A stretch of DNA of 63,924 nucleotides, counting the filler, from Craspedostauros australis (taxonomy: Eukaryota), in NCBI GenBank assembly GCA_030167865.1. It is 9 parts of 9 records of this genome, joined end to end, with 100 filler letters (N's around TTAATTAATTAA, not from the genome) between each part and the next. Parts side by side here need not be neighbours in the genome. Positions count along the whole stretch, not along the records: positions 1 to 25,665 come from JALAGF010002122.1; 8 more parts are not named here. One strand, given 5' to 3'. Positions 11,890 to 23,015 of this stretch are shown in pieces. The notes under the pieces were generated by a model. The model did no database searches. It worked only from the letters and a program-made list of their open reading frames with translations, and had not been told where the DNA came from. Made by a program: the position numbers and the translations under genes. Position 1 is the stretch's first letter, and every line of letters starts with the position of its first letter.

Positions 11890-12732
11890 ATGGAGAATGA
11901 GAGCTTGCCTCCGATGCCCAAGTTCCGGCTTGGCAGCGCAGAGAAGGAAGGTCAAACAAGCGATCTCTTGAACCGACTGCAAGCATTTCTGCCGCAGATC
12001 CATGCGGCCAACGAAGGTGAGAATGTTCGCTTGTTGGGTCGGGAGAGTGCCGTTGCTTTCGCTTTTGGATGTGCGCATGAGAGGATGGGTGCGGTGTGGT
12101 ATGCTGTTCTGCCTTGCAACCTCAATCCCGGTGCTTTGATCTCACGCTCCGCAATCGACTTTTCACTTCTCCGTTTGGAATTCATTGGGATTTCAACAAC
12201 ACAACATGGAAATGACGAACACACACACGCACCGATGTTATCAGCACTTGACGATGGAGACGAGGCCGCGCGAGTGGATGTGGGTCTCGGTGAGCAATCG
12301 GATAGTGACGACAACGAAGATGACGACGACGACGGTGATTCTGCACCATCCGATAGTGGCGACTTCCTCATGAAAGAACGACGACCCAATGTTGATGCTT
12401 GCAACTCAGCCAAAGCGGATGCCAATGATGGCGCGAAGGATGGTCCACATAATGATTCAGTTGCGGAGAATGAGCATGCAACGCCGACGATACAGATCCA
12501 ATTCGCATTGGGCGATCTGAGCAGCAATCCGGCGGCGCTTGCCTTGTTGAAGACCGACAGCAACAAGGACGGCAGCAATGACGACGATGACGATAAAAGC
12601 ATTACTGACAATACGTCCGTATCGCAAGATGCCAAGACTGCATTGGTTTCCAACATGCTGAACCAAACAAAGGGAGCGAGCGAATCCGGCCAAGGCAAAA
12701 GCAAGAAACCACTGATATCGATCATGGACTGA
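11890..12732 (+). CDS. NOPCHAP1/C12orf45 (DUF4598)-like protein; intron 12017-12244
   Basis: SDLLNRLQAFLPQIHAANE motif, acidic linker, IQIQFALG. Removing the GTGAGA..TCAG intron gives ANE-ALD. Confidence 0.7.
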   Translation: MENESLPPMPKFRLGSAEKEGQTSDLLNRLQAFLPQIHAANEGENVRLLGRESAVAFAFGCAHERMGAVWYAVLPCNLNPGALISRSAIDFSLLRLEFIGISTTQHGNDEHTHAPMLSALDDGDEAARVDVGLGEQSDSDDNEDDDDDGDSAPSDSGDFLMKERRPNVDACNSAKADANDGAKDGPHNDSVAENEHATPTIQIQFALGDLSSNPAALALLKTDSNKDGSNDDDDDKSITDNTSVSQDAKTALVSNMLNQTKGASESGQGKSKKPLISIMD

Positions 12733-13156
12733 GCTGAAATCTGTTCAAGGTGAATATCGATGAGTTGCGATTGACCCGCTGCTCGACGATGGCAATGCCG
12801 GTTAATGGATTGAAATAGAGGCAACGCCAGTGCAATTGCGACTGTGGTGTGATGGTCGCTGATCTTTGCGCGCGGTTGCAACAACTGTAACAACAAATAA
12901 ACATTGTAGACCGAATGGACCACGTACCTACGAGTTTTTCATTGTAGACGGTATCGCAAGCACGTGCTCTCTACCTTTGAAGATAGTGTTCACTTCATAT
13001 TGCCACAATCTAATTGTCGCTTTGGTTGTTGTTAGTGTTATCATGTTGTTCAAGGTCAATAAAGTTGCCGATTCAGCTAACAGCCCCTCTCTCAAGCAGA
13101 CGACGATAAGAACGGTGCGATGATTTGTTGTCCTCCTCGAGCGCTTTTGCAATCAT

Positions 13157-14956
13157 CTACAGCACCTCAAAGGTGGAATCCTGCGGATTCATCTCACGTA
13201 ACAGGACGGCGACGCTGGTTGGCGGAATGATGCCAACTTCCGTCACGATGCCGCTGACGAATTCCGACGGCGTGACATCGTAGAGCAAATGCAGCAACTT
13301 GAGATTGGGAACGTCCTTCCATCCCTTGAGTTCGTCGATGTTGTTCGTGGACATGTTGGCCAACGAAGATCCGAAGACGGAGGCGGAATTTGTCGTGTCC
13401 TCCTTGTCGGACTCCTTGACGGCGGGTTGCGAGGCGATGTTGGGATTTGGCGAGCGCACCAAGGTATCCGGGTCGCCGAGTTCGTTGAATGTGATGCTCT
13501 CCAGCTGGACCCTGTTGGATATCTTGTACGTTTCGCAGCAAACGAGGACGGGTATGTGATGATCGTTCGCCAGCATGGCAACGGTGGCCATGCCAACGCG
13601 TCCGTAGACAGCGCCGTTGGTCATCAACGCCGACGCACCCAGGAAGACCTTGGTGACGCGGTGCATGACGTACGTCAGGGCGTTGAGGTTGATGTAGCCG
13701 CACCGGATGCCCGTATCTCTGAGCTTGGACAGCAGCTGCTTGCCTTCCCACAAGGGCCTCGCATCCACGATCCACACGAAGAACTCCTTGTCCTCCTTCT
13801 TGGCCATTTCGAGAATGGCCAGGATGGCTTCGGAATGACCAAAGGTGAGGAGGATGTCATTCTGCTCTATCTTCTGCAAGGCATGGTGCGCGATGGCTCT
13901 GTCCGCGAATTCCATGCGCTCATTCATGTACTGCTCGATGCTGTCCTTGAGGATGGCACGCGCTTCCTCGTAGGGCATGTCCCGCGACAAGGCCTGCAGG
14001 GCCGACTTGCAGAAGGTGAAGGCATTGCCCATGCTGACGGAGTGCGGTCGGCAGTGCTGCGTCCAGTATGTGAAGGATGGTTTGAGGACCTCCTGCAGCA
14101 AGTGAATGCGGAAATCAATTCGAGCATCATCGGAAGGTGGCACGTAGTCATCGAGGACCTTGGAGAATACCTCCAGCATGCGCCGGCATCGGGAGTTGCC
14201 GCCACGCACTGTGCCAGCAGCGTACCTCATGCCCAATTCCACAACGGCCGGGTGCAAAGATGACTTGGCCTGGTCGATGGCTTTCGACGATGGTTGTCCT
14301 ATGCATAGTATTGATGCGTTCGTAATCATGCATGCAAGTTGAGTGAGATGAAACGACGGAGAACCTTGAACGTGTTTTAACACAGTGACGTTTATCCAAG
14401 CAGGTGCACACGCACAATGATGACAATACCCAGCCATACAGATAACCAGACGCACACTCAAACGTCATTTAATCCTGCACTCACCTCTGTGCGGTGGCAG
14501 GTGCGAAAATAGTTCGACCCGATTCTCCCTTTCCTTCTTTGCCGCAAGAGCGGCTGCCTTTGACGCTGCTGCAGCTGCGGCTGCTTTGTCATTGCCTTTG
14601 GTCGCTTTGCTGGCCGCATTGTTGGCATTGTTGTTGGTATTGCTGCCCCCCGCATTGTTTCCTTTGTTATTTCCTCCCTGCTTGTTGCCTCCTTGCTTGG
14701 CGGTGCCATCATTGCTGCTGCCGCTCTTCTCAGATCCTGTCGCAGCTGCTTTGGCCGCTCGCTGCTTTTCCTGCAACGCTCTTCGCTCGGCCTTGGTGAG
14801 CTTGGGCTTCTTGGGTGGGATGACGAGGTTGGGCGGCGGCGCCTTCTTCTCCCTCTTCGGCTTGGCCCCGCCTGCGTCTGCCTTTGCAGCACCTGCTGCT
14901 GTTGTCTGTGGCTGCTGTTGCTGGTTGGTAGCCTTGCCTGCTTCTTCTGCTGTCAT
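13157..14956 (-). CDS. EIF2B4: Translation initiation factor eIF2B delta subunit; exons 14956-14485 and 14298-13157
   Basis: AERRALQEKQRAAK, LFSHL, LHPAV, CRPHSVSMGNA, KVFLGA, PVLVCCETYK, NELGDPD, YDVTP..TEVG.IPPTSV. The GTGAGT..ATAG intron joins in frame. Confidence 0.95.
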
Positions 14957-15618
14957 GATTGCGCGTTTGCTCTAAAGAGTTTGTCTGCTGGATTGGGTGC
15001 TCTTGTGCTTGGAGTGTTGCGAGTGAACGTGGAAGACGCTCTTTCGGTTGCTTGGCTGATTGACTATTGCGAATGATGGCTTGTTTGTATTACACGATGA
15101 ATGATGGATGATGAATGATGGATGATGAATGATGAATGATGGCAGCGAACAAAAGCTCGCTTCAAGAGGAAGCGTTTCGGGGGATGGATCTTATGATGGT
15201 TGTGGTTACAGTTCGTGGATGTGCGGACAACAGTGGACGTGGTTGTTGTCGTTGCTTCCCGCAAACACGCGCCATTTCGCAAACGTGCATCTGTCACGGG
15301 TCGACGGACATACATATTTGATGACATGCGACGAGACATAGTCGTATCATACCACTCCATTCTAATCTAGTTTTTTGTCAACGGAGCACGGGGGAGCAAC
15401 TCAACTCAACTCTGCTCGCTTCGTGTATTTCATCGCATGCCGGACATGCACACACGCATGATCTACCGCACTATTAGAGAGTCAGCAGAGGGTAAAGCCA
15501 GCCTCATTTGTCGGAGTCCGCTGATTATGCCGTTACAACATGTTGCGCAAGAACATTAATACGTGGGATATCTCCCTCTCTCTCTCTCTCTCTCACCACG
15601 TGACCCTGCAGTCACCCA

Positions 15619-16488
15619 TCACTGCGCCGGCTTGGCGACAAACTCACCGACGTATCGAAATTCCGTTAATATGCCGGCAACCTGAAAGATCCCCCACATT
15701 CCGCCCGTCTTCTCCGTCACGTCCTTCTTGCACGTGACGGTACCATCCCGCAACACCAACGCCGCGTCACTGGTCTTGTCCAACGCTGTCCCATCCTCAC
15801 GTTCCAACCGCGCCTGGAAGTAGTACCGTTCCGATTGGCGCGGCAGCATGGGATCGGTGTCTGGGAATTGCGCGTCCATCGACAGCAGGAGGTAGGTTTG
15901 CTCGTCCTTCGTGGAATACTCCTCATCCCAGCCCCACACCTTTGTGATTTGCAAGGCCTTGCTATCGTACTGTGTCATTTCGGAGTACCCGTCACCGCGC
16001 AATCGGATGGAGACCGAGCCTGAGTAGAAGACCTGTGGAGTTTCGTCGACGTCGTCCTTGTCATTCGATGGTTGACTCGAAAATCGGTACCGGAATGCCC
16101 AAACGGAGTCTGCCAATTTGGTGATCGGCTTTGGTGTCATCATGCCAGGAGCAGCAGTGCTGTCGTTTGACGAACTGGATACGTCGGCGTCGCGCAGTTG
16201 CTCTTCCAGCTCCTTGGCCTGTTCTCGCAGGCGGTTGGCCTGCTGCAGCAGATCGGAGGATGCATCATTCTCCTCTTCGTTTTCGTTGGATTGCGAATGG
16301 AAGAGAACGGGCGTGTGACGCCTTGTTGTTCTTGTGTTGGAGGTTGTGGATGGATGGAAGGCTGCCCGTGCAGCAGTGACGATGGCGATGTCTGATCGTT
16401 GGAACATGACTGGCGAGAACGCAGCAACGGACCAAGCGCTTGCCGCCACCATCAACACGGCTTGTGCTGCGATCCACAGCTTCGTCAT
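15619..16488 (-). CDS. Putative plastid-targeted protein of unknown function
   Basis: Signal peptide ending VAA-FSP (ASAFAP-like), a T/R/S-rich transit peptide, a short coiled coil and a beta-rich domain. Confidence 0.7.
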   Translation of the reverse strand: MTKLWIAAQAVLMVAASAWSVAAFSPVMFQRSDIAIVTAARAAFHPSTTSNTRTTRRHTPVLFHSQSNENEEENDASSDLLQQANRLREQAKELEEQLRDADVSSSSNDSTAAPGMMTPKPITKLADSVWAFRYRFSSQPSNDKDDVDETPQVFYSGSVSIRLRGDGYSEMTQYDSKALQITKVWGWDEEYSTKDEQTYLLLSMDAQFPDTDPMLPRQSERYYFQARLEREDGTALDKTSDAALVLRDGTVTCKKDVTEKTGGMWGIFQVAGILTEFRYVGEFVAKPAQ

Positions 16489-16840
16489 TGCAATACTCCC
16501 GACCATTATTGGATTCAAAGCGCTCGATTGGACAATGTTGCTTGATCCAGTTGTGTCTGTGATTGTGTTGGATGGAGGTGAACCTTGATGTTGCGAGTGT
16601 CAGAATGAGGGTTGCTGACACTTTTGTGCTTGCTGAAGTTTGTGTGGACCTCTTCTCGAAAAAACAGATCTTGTGTGACGTCACAAAAACGCCTGAACTC
16701 GTGACTCAGATCAAGGTCTTCCATCGAGGAGATGCACTCTACATGCTGTTCACAACGAGGACTACGAGGCAACTTCATTCTCTATCCTGGAATACATTTA
16801 ACTTTCAATTGCATTCTCTCTGCCCTGCGCGTTGTCCCCG

Positions 16841-18325
16841 TCATCCCGCTGCCTGGCATTGGCGCATCAGATCTTCCAACGTCCTCGCCGTCTCCCAACA
16901 CGACATCATGACGCCGGATATCGTCGTGGCACGCTCTTGCGGAGCCAAATTTACAGCTCGTTGGACAAGGGCCACGTACAGCTTCAATTCCGGCACGAGC
17001 GCACAGCACAGCCGCTGTCGTCCCACCTGCGTTACGGGCGTTCGGAATTCATGGCGTTCGCTGCCGTGCGTTTCGTTGGGGAATTGGCGGAACAGTTCGG
17101 CCTGATCGATGCGTTGGGCATCGCCCTTCACGATGGCGGTGCGCATCAGGAAGTCATCGAGATGCTGCAGATCGCCCCACAGATGTTCCGTGCGCACGAC
17201 CATGATTTCCTTGTCGGGCGGTATGGAATTCGCTGTTGTCGTTATGATGCTTGCGTCAGCGTTGTCGCTGTTGTCGTTGGCGATGGAGCCGACTGTCTTG
17301 TTCCAGTAGAAGGCGTGGTTGAAGTAGAGATGGTTGCTTGCCATGGAGGTATCGCCACGTATCGTCCTCCAAGCCAATTCCGTGCAATTCTCAGCATCAT
17401 CATCAGTATTGCCGTTCACACTGACTGTTGTTTGCTTTGGAGTGGAAACCAAACTGGACGCGAACATGTTGATGTTCGGAAAGCACTCAAAGAACTTGGT
17501 GGCCCACAGCTTGGGCTTGTACGCCAATCGCTGCCGGTTCCTCGTGATGGTGTTGTTGACGGCGCACGCCTTGGAGTCATGATGCGCGATCGGCTGACAG
17601 TGCGACGGGTTCGTGTAATGATACCACGACACGGCCCTGTCGACGGGATTGCGCAACGTCCACAGCAAGGTGGTGGACGATGCGATGACGCTAGGTGACG
17701 GGATGATGTCGCCGCAGTGGATACTGCCGACCGTGTGCTGCGACAGCACCGTCTCCACCGTCATGTTGCCGATCCGGAATCGTTCCTCGCATTCCTGCCT
17801 GCGTTTTGGATTCTTGCGCATGCGGCATGTGACCTGCAGTGTGTTGCGCACAGTCTCGCCGCCCGTCTTGCCCACGTGGACGAGCACGATGCGTCGTCGC
17901 TGTTGCTGTTTTTGTCCATTGCTGTTGTTGTTGTCAATGTTGGTGGCTTGGGGATGATGCTCACCTGCCGCAATGACGGAAGAAATGGGTGGTGACAGAT
18001 CCAGTTTGGGCAACGTCACGTGCACGACTCCTGGAGCCTCTTGAATGCCTTCCGCAGCAGTCTCGCTCACTCTCGCACGATGATCGCCAAGGTGCCTCGT
18101 CTCGTCTTCGACGTCGGTGCTGAATGGCATCCACCCTGCTTGTTGCGCCATCGCGGAACTTGATGCAGCTGCCGATGACGATGGCAATGACGGTGGCACG
18201 TCGATATCTGCCAACCAGAGGATGTTGTAGATGAAGACCACGAGGGTGCAGCAGAGAGCACCGATCCGCAACCTGAACGAACCATTCTTCGTTCGCCCCT
18301 GCGGACTTCGCTGTATCGTTACCAT
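16841..18325 (-). CDS. Type II membrane sulfotransferase-family protein
   Basis: N-terminal TM helix, 5'-PSB-like VHVGKTGGETV, 3'-PB-like LRNPVDRAVSWYHY, VVRTEHLWGDL. Confidence 0.75.
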   Translation of the reverse strand: MVTIQRSPQGRTKNGSFRLRIGALCCTLVVFIYNILWLADIDVPPSLPSSSAAASSSAMAQQAGWMPFSTDVEDETRHLGDHRARVSETAAEGIQEAPGVVHVTLPKLDLSPPISSVIAAGEHHPQATNIDNNNSNGQKQQQRRRIVLVHVGKTGGETVRNTLQVTCRMRKNPKRRQECEERFRIGNMTVETVLSQHTVGSIHCGDIIPSPSVIASSTTLLWTLRNPVDRAVSWYHYTNPSHCQPIAHHDSKACAVNNTITRNRQRLAYKPKLWATKFFECFPNINMFASSLVSTPKQTTVSVNGNTDDDAENCTELAWRTIRGDTSMASNHLYFNHAFYWNKTVGSIANDNSDNADASIITTTANSIPPDKEIMVVRTEHLWGDLQHLDDFLMRTAIVKGDAQRIDQAELFRQFPNETHGSERHEFRTPVTQVGRQRLCCALVPELKLYVALVQRAVNLAPQERATTISGVMMSCWETARTLEDLMRQCQAAG

Positions 18326-19019
18326 GGCCCGCACGGGTAAAATGCTTGGACGTTTGGACGTTCACTTGAAGTGCTCCATGTCCTCGTCCTCCTCCTTCTC
18401 TTCGTCTCGTCTTGTCTCCCTCTTGCTATCTTGTGTGAAGTGTTGCTCCAGCTACGAGCTTCTCTGACGGTATGAATAGTCGTACTTGTAGTCTCTGAGA
18501 GTGTGGTCTGAGAGTGTGGCGGAGTGCAGTGGGTGGTACGGCCATCCGTTCCAGGGCGGCAGTGTGTGGAATGCGAGTACGCGCATTGATCCGTTTCCAA
18601 CACGAGAAATGGGAATGTCGGCATTGTGGGGAAAGACCATTTCGCATGTTTCATTCGGATGAATCGTGTTCTCTTTCGACATGAAACGTTAAAAGACGTT
18701 AAACATGCAGCAGTCCACGGAGTCCTTGCCAAAGCACCAAAACTGCCCGCCGACACACGCTCGCCCAAAATGTGCGTGTGTTGTGCGGTTGCGCGGTTGT
18801 TACCGTGCTTGTGGGGTGTTGCGTGATGAAGATCACCACCACGCAAAACCCAGGTCCATCACATCACACCACACCAACACAAAGCCCAAGTTCATACTCA
18901 TACTCATACGATCTACACATCCATACCAGTCAGTCCTTCCCCAACAACACAGTCACGCAAGTAACCACGCAAAGCATCGAAGACTGTGACATGGAGAAGA
19001 AGCGAGCAAGGAGTCCACG

Positions 19020-22000
19020 ATGCTGATTGATGATGCCTTTGTCGGAGCCTGCGTCTTGTACAATGGAGAAAAGGCAATCATCAAGAAGAAATGCAAGAGA
19101 AAGATCTGGCTTTCCTTTCCTGCAGCCGACAGATCGGATCGATGCGTCTTCCCCAAGAGCTGCACGATGCTGAACGCAGCTGCGACACCAAGCCACGTTG
19201 GGAGTATTCACTGCAGCCACAGCGGTGATGTTTCGAGCATGTCCCATTCCGCCTTCTCATCCTGGTATCGATCTCGACCAAGTTCCATGGGATCAAGGCA
19301 GCGTGCAGCCAGCGCAAATCTTGCTGCCTCATACCAGAAACCGACATCCGTCCGTCTCTCAACTTCGCATCAAGCTGATCAGACAGACCCTGATTGCACG
19401 AATGTCATCAAGGATGTTGAAGCCGACTGTGATGACGTTCGAAGCACAAGTGAGAAGGAGTCTGCCCATAATGCCACCCGTGATGCCACCCTTGGTGCTG
19501 CGCGTAATGCTGCGAGTTATGTGAGCGTCAGCAGCTCAAACAGCGCCGACGACAAGCGCGAAGAAGACGACTTGGTAAAAGAGTTAATCAGCGCCACTCC
19601 CGCAAGCAGACAGCAGGATGACAGCATGTACGAGGTTGTGTCGGTCTCGTACCATCGCAAAACGACACCGCGCAGTCGCAGGCCATACGTGCAGCGTTCT
19701 TTGCCGCGAGCGTTCGGAATCCAAACCGCCTTGGCATCCGAGGCTGCGTCTTCATCCATTGTGTCTGGCTTCACGAGCTGGAAGACTGCGAGGTCCACGG
19801 ATGAGGTCAAATTGGCGCCGGTGCAGCGACAACGGCAACAGTCGCAAGTACAGTTGCTGTCACAGCAATCGTCACGATCTCAATCGCAGTCTCATTCTCA
19901 ATTGCAATCGACCGGAGCTGAAAGCGAGGTTAGCGAAGAGGCGGCAGAAGAACAAGAGAAGGACGACGGCAGCAAGCGTGAAAAGGATGCTGTCATTGTG
20001 AAGCAGCAGCGCCAAGACGAAGCACGCCCATGCTTTACGCCTATTCACGAAGTCCATCCATTACAATGCCATGTGCCACCACTCATCCATCAAGACGCAA
20101 AGCCGGATCCGTCCATAAAGAGCGGGTCACTGCCGGCCCATGTACCTATTAGGCCCACACATGAGGAGGAGGAGGAGGAAGACAAAGCTGTGGTACCGGC
20201 AGTCCCCAAACAAGCTATCAAAAGTGCGAATGGGCCGGCGATGGCATTGTGGGATATCCCCATCCTTCGGATCGATCACATTAACGCGTCCTTCGACCAT
20301 CCCCTCTTCCGACAGCAAGGCACGGGTAAATGCAAGGGTCCCGAGCGGGAGCAAACCATTGCGTATCAGATATTTGGAGAACGCCTTTTCGAAATCCACG
20401 GCGAGCTGCCTTACAGCACAAGTGATCTGCGTCAGGGCACTGCAGCGCCTGCAACTAGCCATGCTGGCACGCACAGCAATGATGAATCATCCAACGAGAC
20501 AATCTTCAAGTACAACGTAGCCAAGAGCGCACACAAGACGAATGGGCAGGATCCGAACATCCCTTCGTTGCCCACCAGGTTCCGTCTGGATGACCGCGTA
20601 TTCGAGCTTCTCTGCACCAAGAACCACAAACGCAAGGGTGGCGGAGGCAAAGGGTTTGCTGGTGCGAACCCAAATGTGCTTGCGGCGTACTACGTCATGA
20701 CGCAAGGTGCCAACAAACCAGCGATAGACCTGCAAGGAGAGCTCTCGAAGTGGTGTGACTTCGCTTCTCTCCCTCTTCTCAAAGTCAGCGCCAGGCTCGA
20801 ACTCTTCTTTACGCCCGCCAACAAGAGCAGCAGGAAAGGCCTTCCCCTGCTCATGTTCAAGACCCTAACTCCAGAATCATTCTCTCCAGATCTGGCACGA
20901 ACAGCAGACACCATCAACACAAAAACAAAGAACAAAACCAACAAGCCAAGGAAGGGCCTCACGCACGTGCTGGATGTGGAACGTGACTTTGAGGACATCC
21001 TGGTGGAGGATTGCCACGAAGGGTGCGGCTTCATCCCACGACGCATGATCGAAATGTTCATGGGATCGAACGCGGTTGGGAAACGCACGCGTTGCCTCCA
21101 GGTCCGCATCGTGCTGCCGAAGTTTGGCTTGTTCAAGGGAATGCTGCAGGAAAAACCAGGCATATCGAAGATTCAACTTCCACCATCCTGCAGAAAAGTT
21201 GGCCCGTCGAAGCGCAGGGACTATCACAAAGCTGGACTACTGTTGGTGAATGGCGCCTTTCCCTCCTCCAAGACTGTGCAGATGGCGAAGATTCTGGGAT
21301 ATCACGACGACCCTGACAATATCAGCATCCCCAAATCATTCGAGACGAAAAAGATCTCACCCATGATGCAGGATCTGTGGAAGGCGAAGGGAGTTCCGGT
21401 CGATGTCATACGGACCTACGATAAGGCACAGAAGAGGGATCCGACGCAGATCCAGCATGCATCCTTGGTGGGAACCGCCGATCCGACGGATGGTGGCATC
21501 CCGGAAGGCTGGGTGTTCATTCCCGGTCTGTACGATTCGCAGAATGCCTGCGTCGAGGTCAATTCCGAGGCAGCACGCAAGAAGGGTAGAATCCCAATCG
21601 ACGGACTCGATGACATGCCGAAACTCTTCGTGTCGCGGTTCCCCTGCATCGGCGTCGAGGACGGTGTGCTGGTACCGGTGCTGCGTGAACGGCCAGTCGA
21701 GGAAACGGGAATGTCACAAAGGGATTGGGAGTTTCTCAATGATCAACCGTTCGGTTCGATCATCTTTGGCAACTCCCGCGATGGCAAGGCTCCGTTGCCT
21801 ACTGTGATCGCGAGCGGTGACTTGGATGGTGATCTATACTTTGTGTGCTGGAACAAATCCATCGTGACTTCCATCATCGACATCCCCGTTCATCTTCCAG
21901 TCGTTGCAGAAGACAATGCTGCCGGTGTTGGTTGTGCTGGTTGTGCTGGTTGTGCTGATGATGCTGATGACGGTGTTGGTAGTGGCGACGGCGATGGTAC

Positions 22001-22670
22001 TGTTGTTGACACCAGCAGCAAAGCCAAGGGTTGCAATCAAGTTGAATCTATCGAAAGTGGTGCAGAGGTGGCATCGCAATGGCCAAAGGACACCTGGTTC
22101 TCGCTTACCCAGCTGTACGCTTCCAATATCTTGCGCGAAATCGAAACGGACTACATCATCAAGGCGCTGTTCGCGGGGCGGACCAAGGTGGCGAGGCTTC
22201 ACGACAACGATCGGACGCACCCGGACGCCATCCAGTTCGGGGTTGCGTTCAAGAGAGCGCTGGACTTGCACAAACACGGTGGCACGGTACCGCTCTCAAA
22301 GCGTCTTTGGCGGTTTCTGTCGCCAGCGTTGCACAAGTACCTTCGAGATGACGGGGGTGCAAGGATGAGCAAGAATGTGGAGGATACCGACGACGGCGGC
22401 GGCGGCGTTCGAATGCGAGGGACGCCGACGGATTGCGAGAAAGAAGCGAACGATGACGACATCGAATGCAGCGGGCCCATGGTTGGGAGCAAAGGAGGGG
22501 GTGTTGATCCCGGTGTTTCCAGCAGCAGTGGTGTCAACAATTCAAAGCCAGACCACGTCCTGCAAAGAGTCAAAAAGGAGGGGAGGAGGAGACGCGCAGC
22601 AGATGCCGAACCGATGGATTCCACAATACCGAAATACATTTCTATCTATCACGATTGTGCTGGGTGGTGA
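19020..22670 (+). CDS. Eukaryotic RNA-dependent RNA polymerase (RDR/QDE-1 family)
   Basis: 1216-aa ORF with EGCGFI, QVRI..G.FKGML, GTADPT, VSRFPC, SGDLDGDLYFVCW (DLDGD at 21819-21833) and ALDLHKHG. The start codon is uncertain. Confidence 0.9.
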   Translation: MLIDDAFVGACVLYNGEKAIIKKKCKRKIWLSFPAADRSDRCVFPKSCTMLNAAATPSHVGSIHCSHSGDVSSMSHSAFSSWYRSRPSSMGSRQRAASANLAASYQKPTSVRLSTSHQADQTDPDCTNVIKDVEADCDDVRSTSEKESAHNATRDATLGAARNAASYVSVSSSNSADDKREEDDLVKELISATPASRQQDDSMYEVVSVSYHRKTTPRSRRPYVQRSLPRAFGIQTALASEAASSSIVSGFTSWKTARSTDEVKLAPVQRQRQQSQVQLLSQQSSRSQSQSHSQLQSTGAESEVSEEAAEEQEKDDGSKREKDAVIVKQQRQDEARPCFTPIHEVHPLQCHVPPLIHQDAKPDPSIKSGSLPAHVPIRPTHEEEEEEDKAVVPAVPKQAIKSANGPAMALWDIPILRIDHINASFDHPLFRQQGTGKCKGPEREQTIAYQIFGERLFEIHGELPYSTSDLRQGTAAPATSHAGTHSNDESSNETIFKYNVAKSAHKTNGQDPNIPSLPTRFRLDDRVFELLCTKNHKRKGGGGKGFAGANPNVLAAYYVMTQGANKPAIDLQGELSKWCDFASLPLLKVSARLELFFTPANKSSRKGLPLLMFKTLTPESFSPDLARTADTINTKTKNKTNKPRKGLTHVLDVERDFEDILVEDCHEGCGFIPRRMIEMFMGSNAVGKRTRCLQVRIVLPKFGLFKGMLQEKPGISKIQLPPSCRKVGPSKRRDYHKAGLLLVNGAFPSSKTVQMAKILGYHDDPDNISIPKSFETKKISPMMQDLWKAKGVPVDVIRTYDKAQKRDPTQIQHASLVGTADPTDGGIPEGWVFIPGLYDSQNACVEVNSEAARKKGRIPIDGLDDMPKLFVSRFPCIGVEDGVLVPVLRERPVEETGMSQRDWEFLNDQPFGSIIFGNSRDGKAPLPTVIASGDLDGDLYFVCWNKSIVTSIIDIPVHLPVVAEDNAAGVGCAGCAGCADDADDGVGSGDGDGTVVDTSSKAKGCNQVESIESGAEVASQWPKDTWFSLTQLYASNILREIETDYIIKALFAGRTKVARLHDNDRTHPDAIQFGVAFKRALDLHKHGGTVPLSKRLWRFLSPALHKYLRDDGGARMSKNVEDTDDGGGGVRMRGTPTDCEKEANDDDIECSGPMVGSKGGGVDPGVSSSSGVNNSKPDHVLQRVKKEGRRRRAADAEPMDSTIPKYISIYHDCAGW

Positions 22671-23015
22671 GCATAACCATGGAGGGTCATACTCGTAGTG
22701 ATACTACTACATACAGATTGTTGCTGAACACCAGCTCGATGTTGTTTGCAATTCACTGTTTTCATCATGTCTCTCAGTGTCTTTGGCGAATACTTGCTCC
22801 GCTGCGCTGATTCAGTCTTTCCGTTGCATCGCAGAACAACTTTGCAGCCTTAGCTTGCGCGACTTCGCTATTTCGTTTACGGAGAGCATGCACGACTGTG
22901 ATACGCCATCACCATGCGCTCTCTGTCTCTCTGTCTCTTCTGCATACGATCGGTGCTGAACAAGGACAGAACTGGGCGCCATGCTCTCCTTCGGAGCGTG
23001 ATACATCGCATAATA

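Noticed and set aside
13289..14263. Long antisense ORFs (also 48093-49508, 35973-36944, 38985-39863, 11952-12923)
   Set aside because: Shadow ORFs caused by codon bias on the strand opposite well-supported genes.
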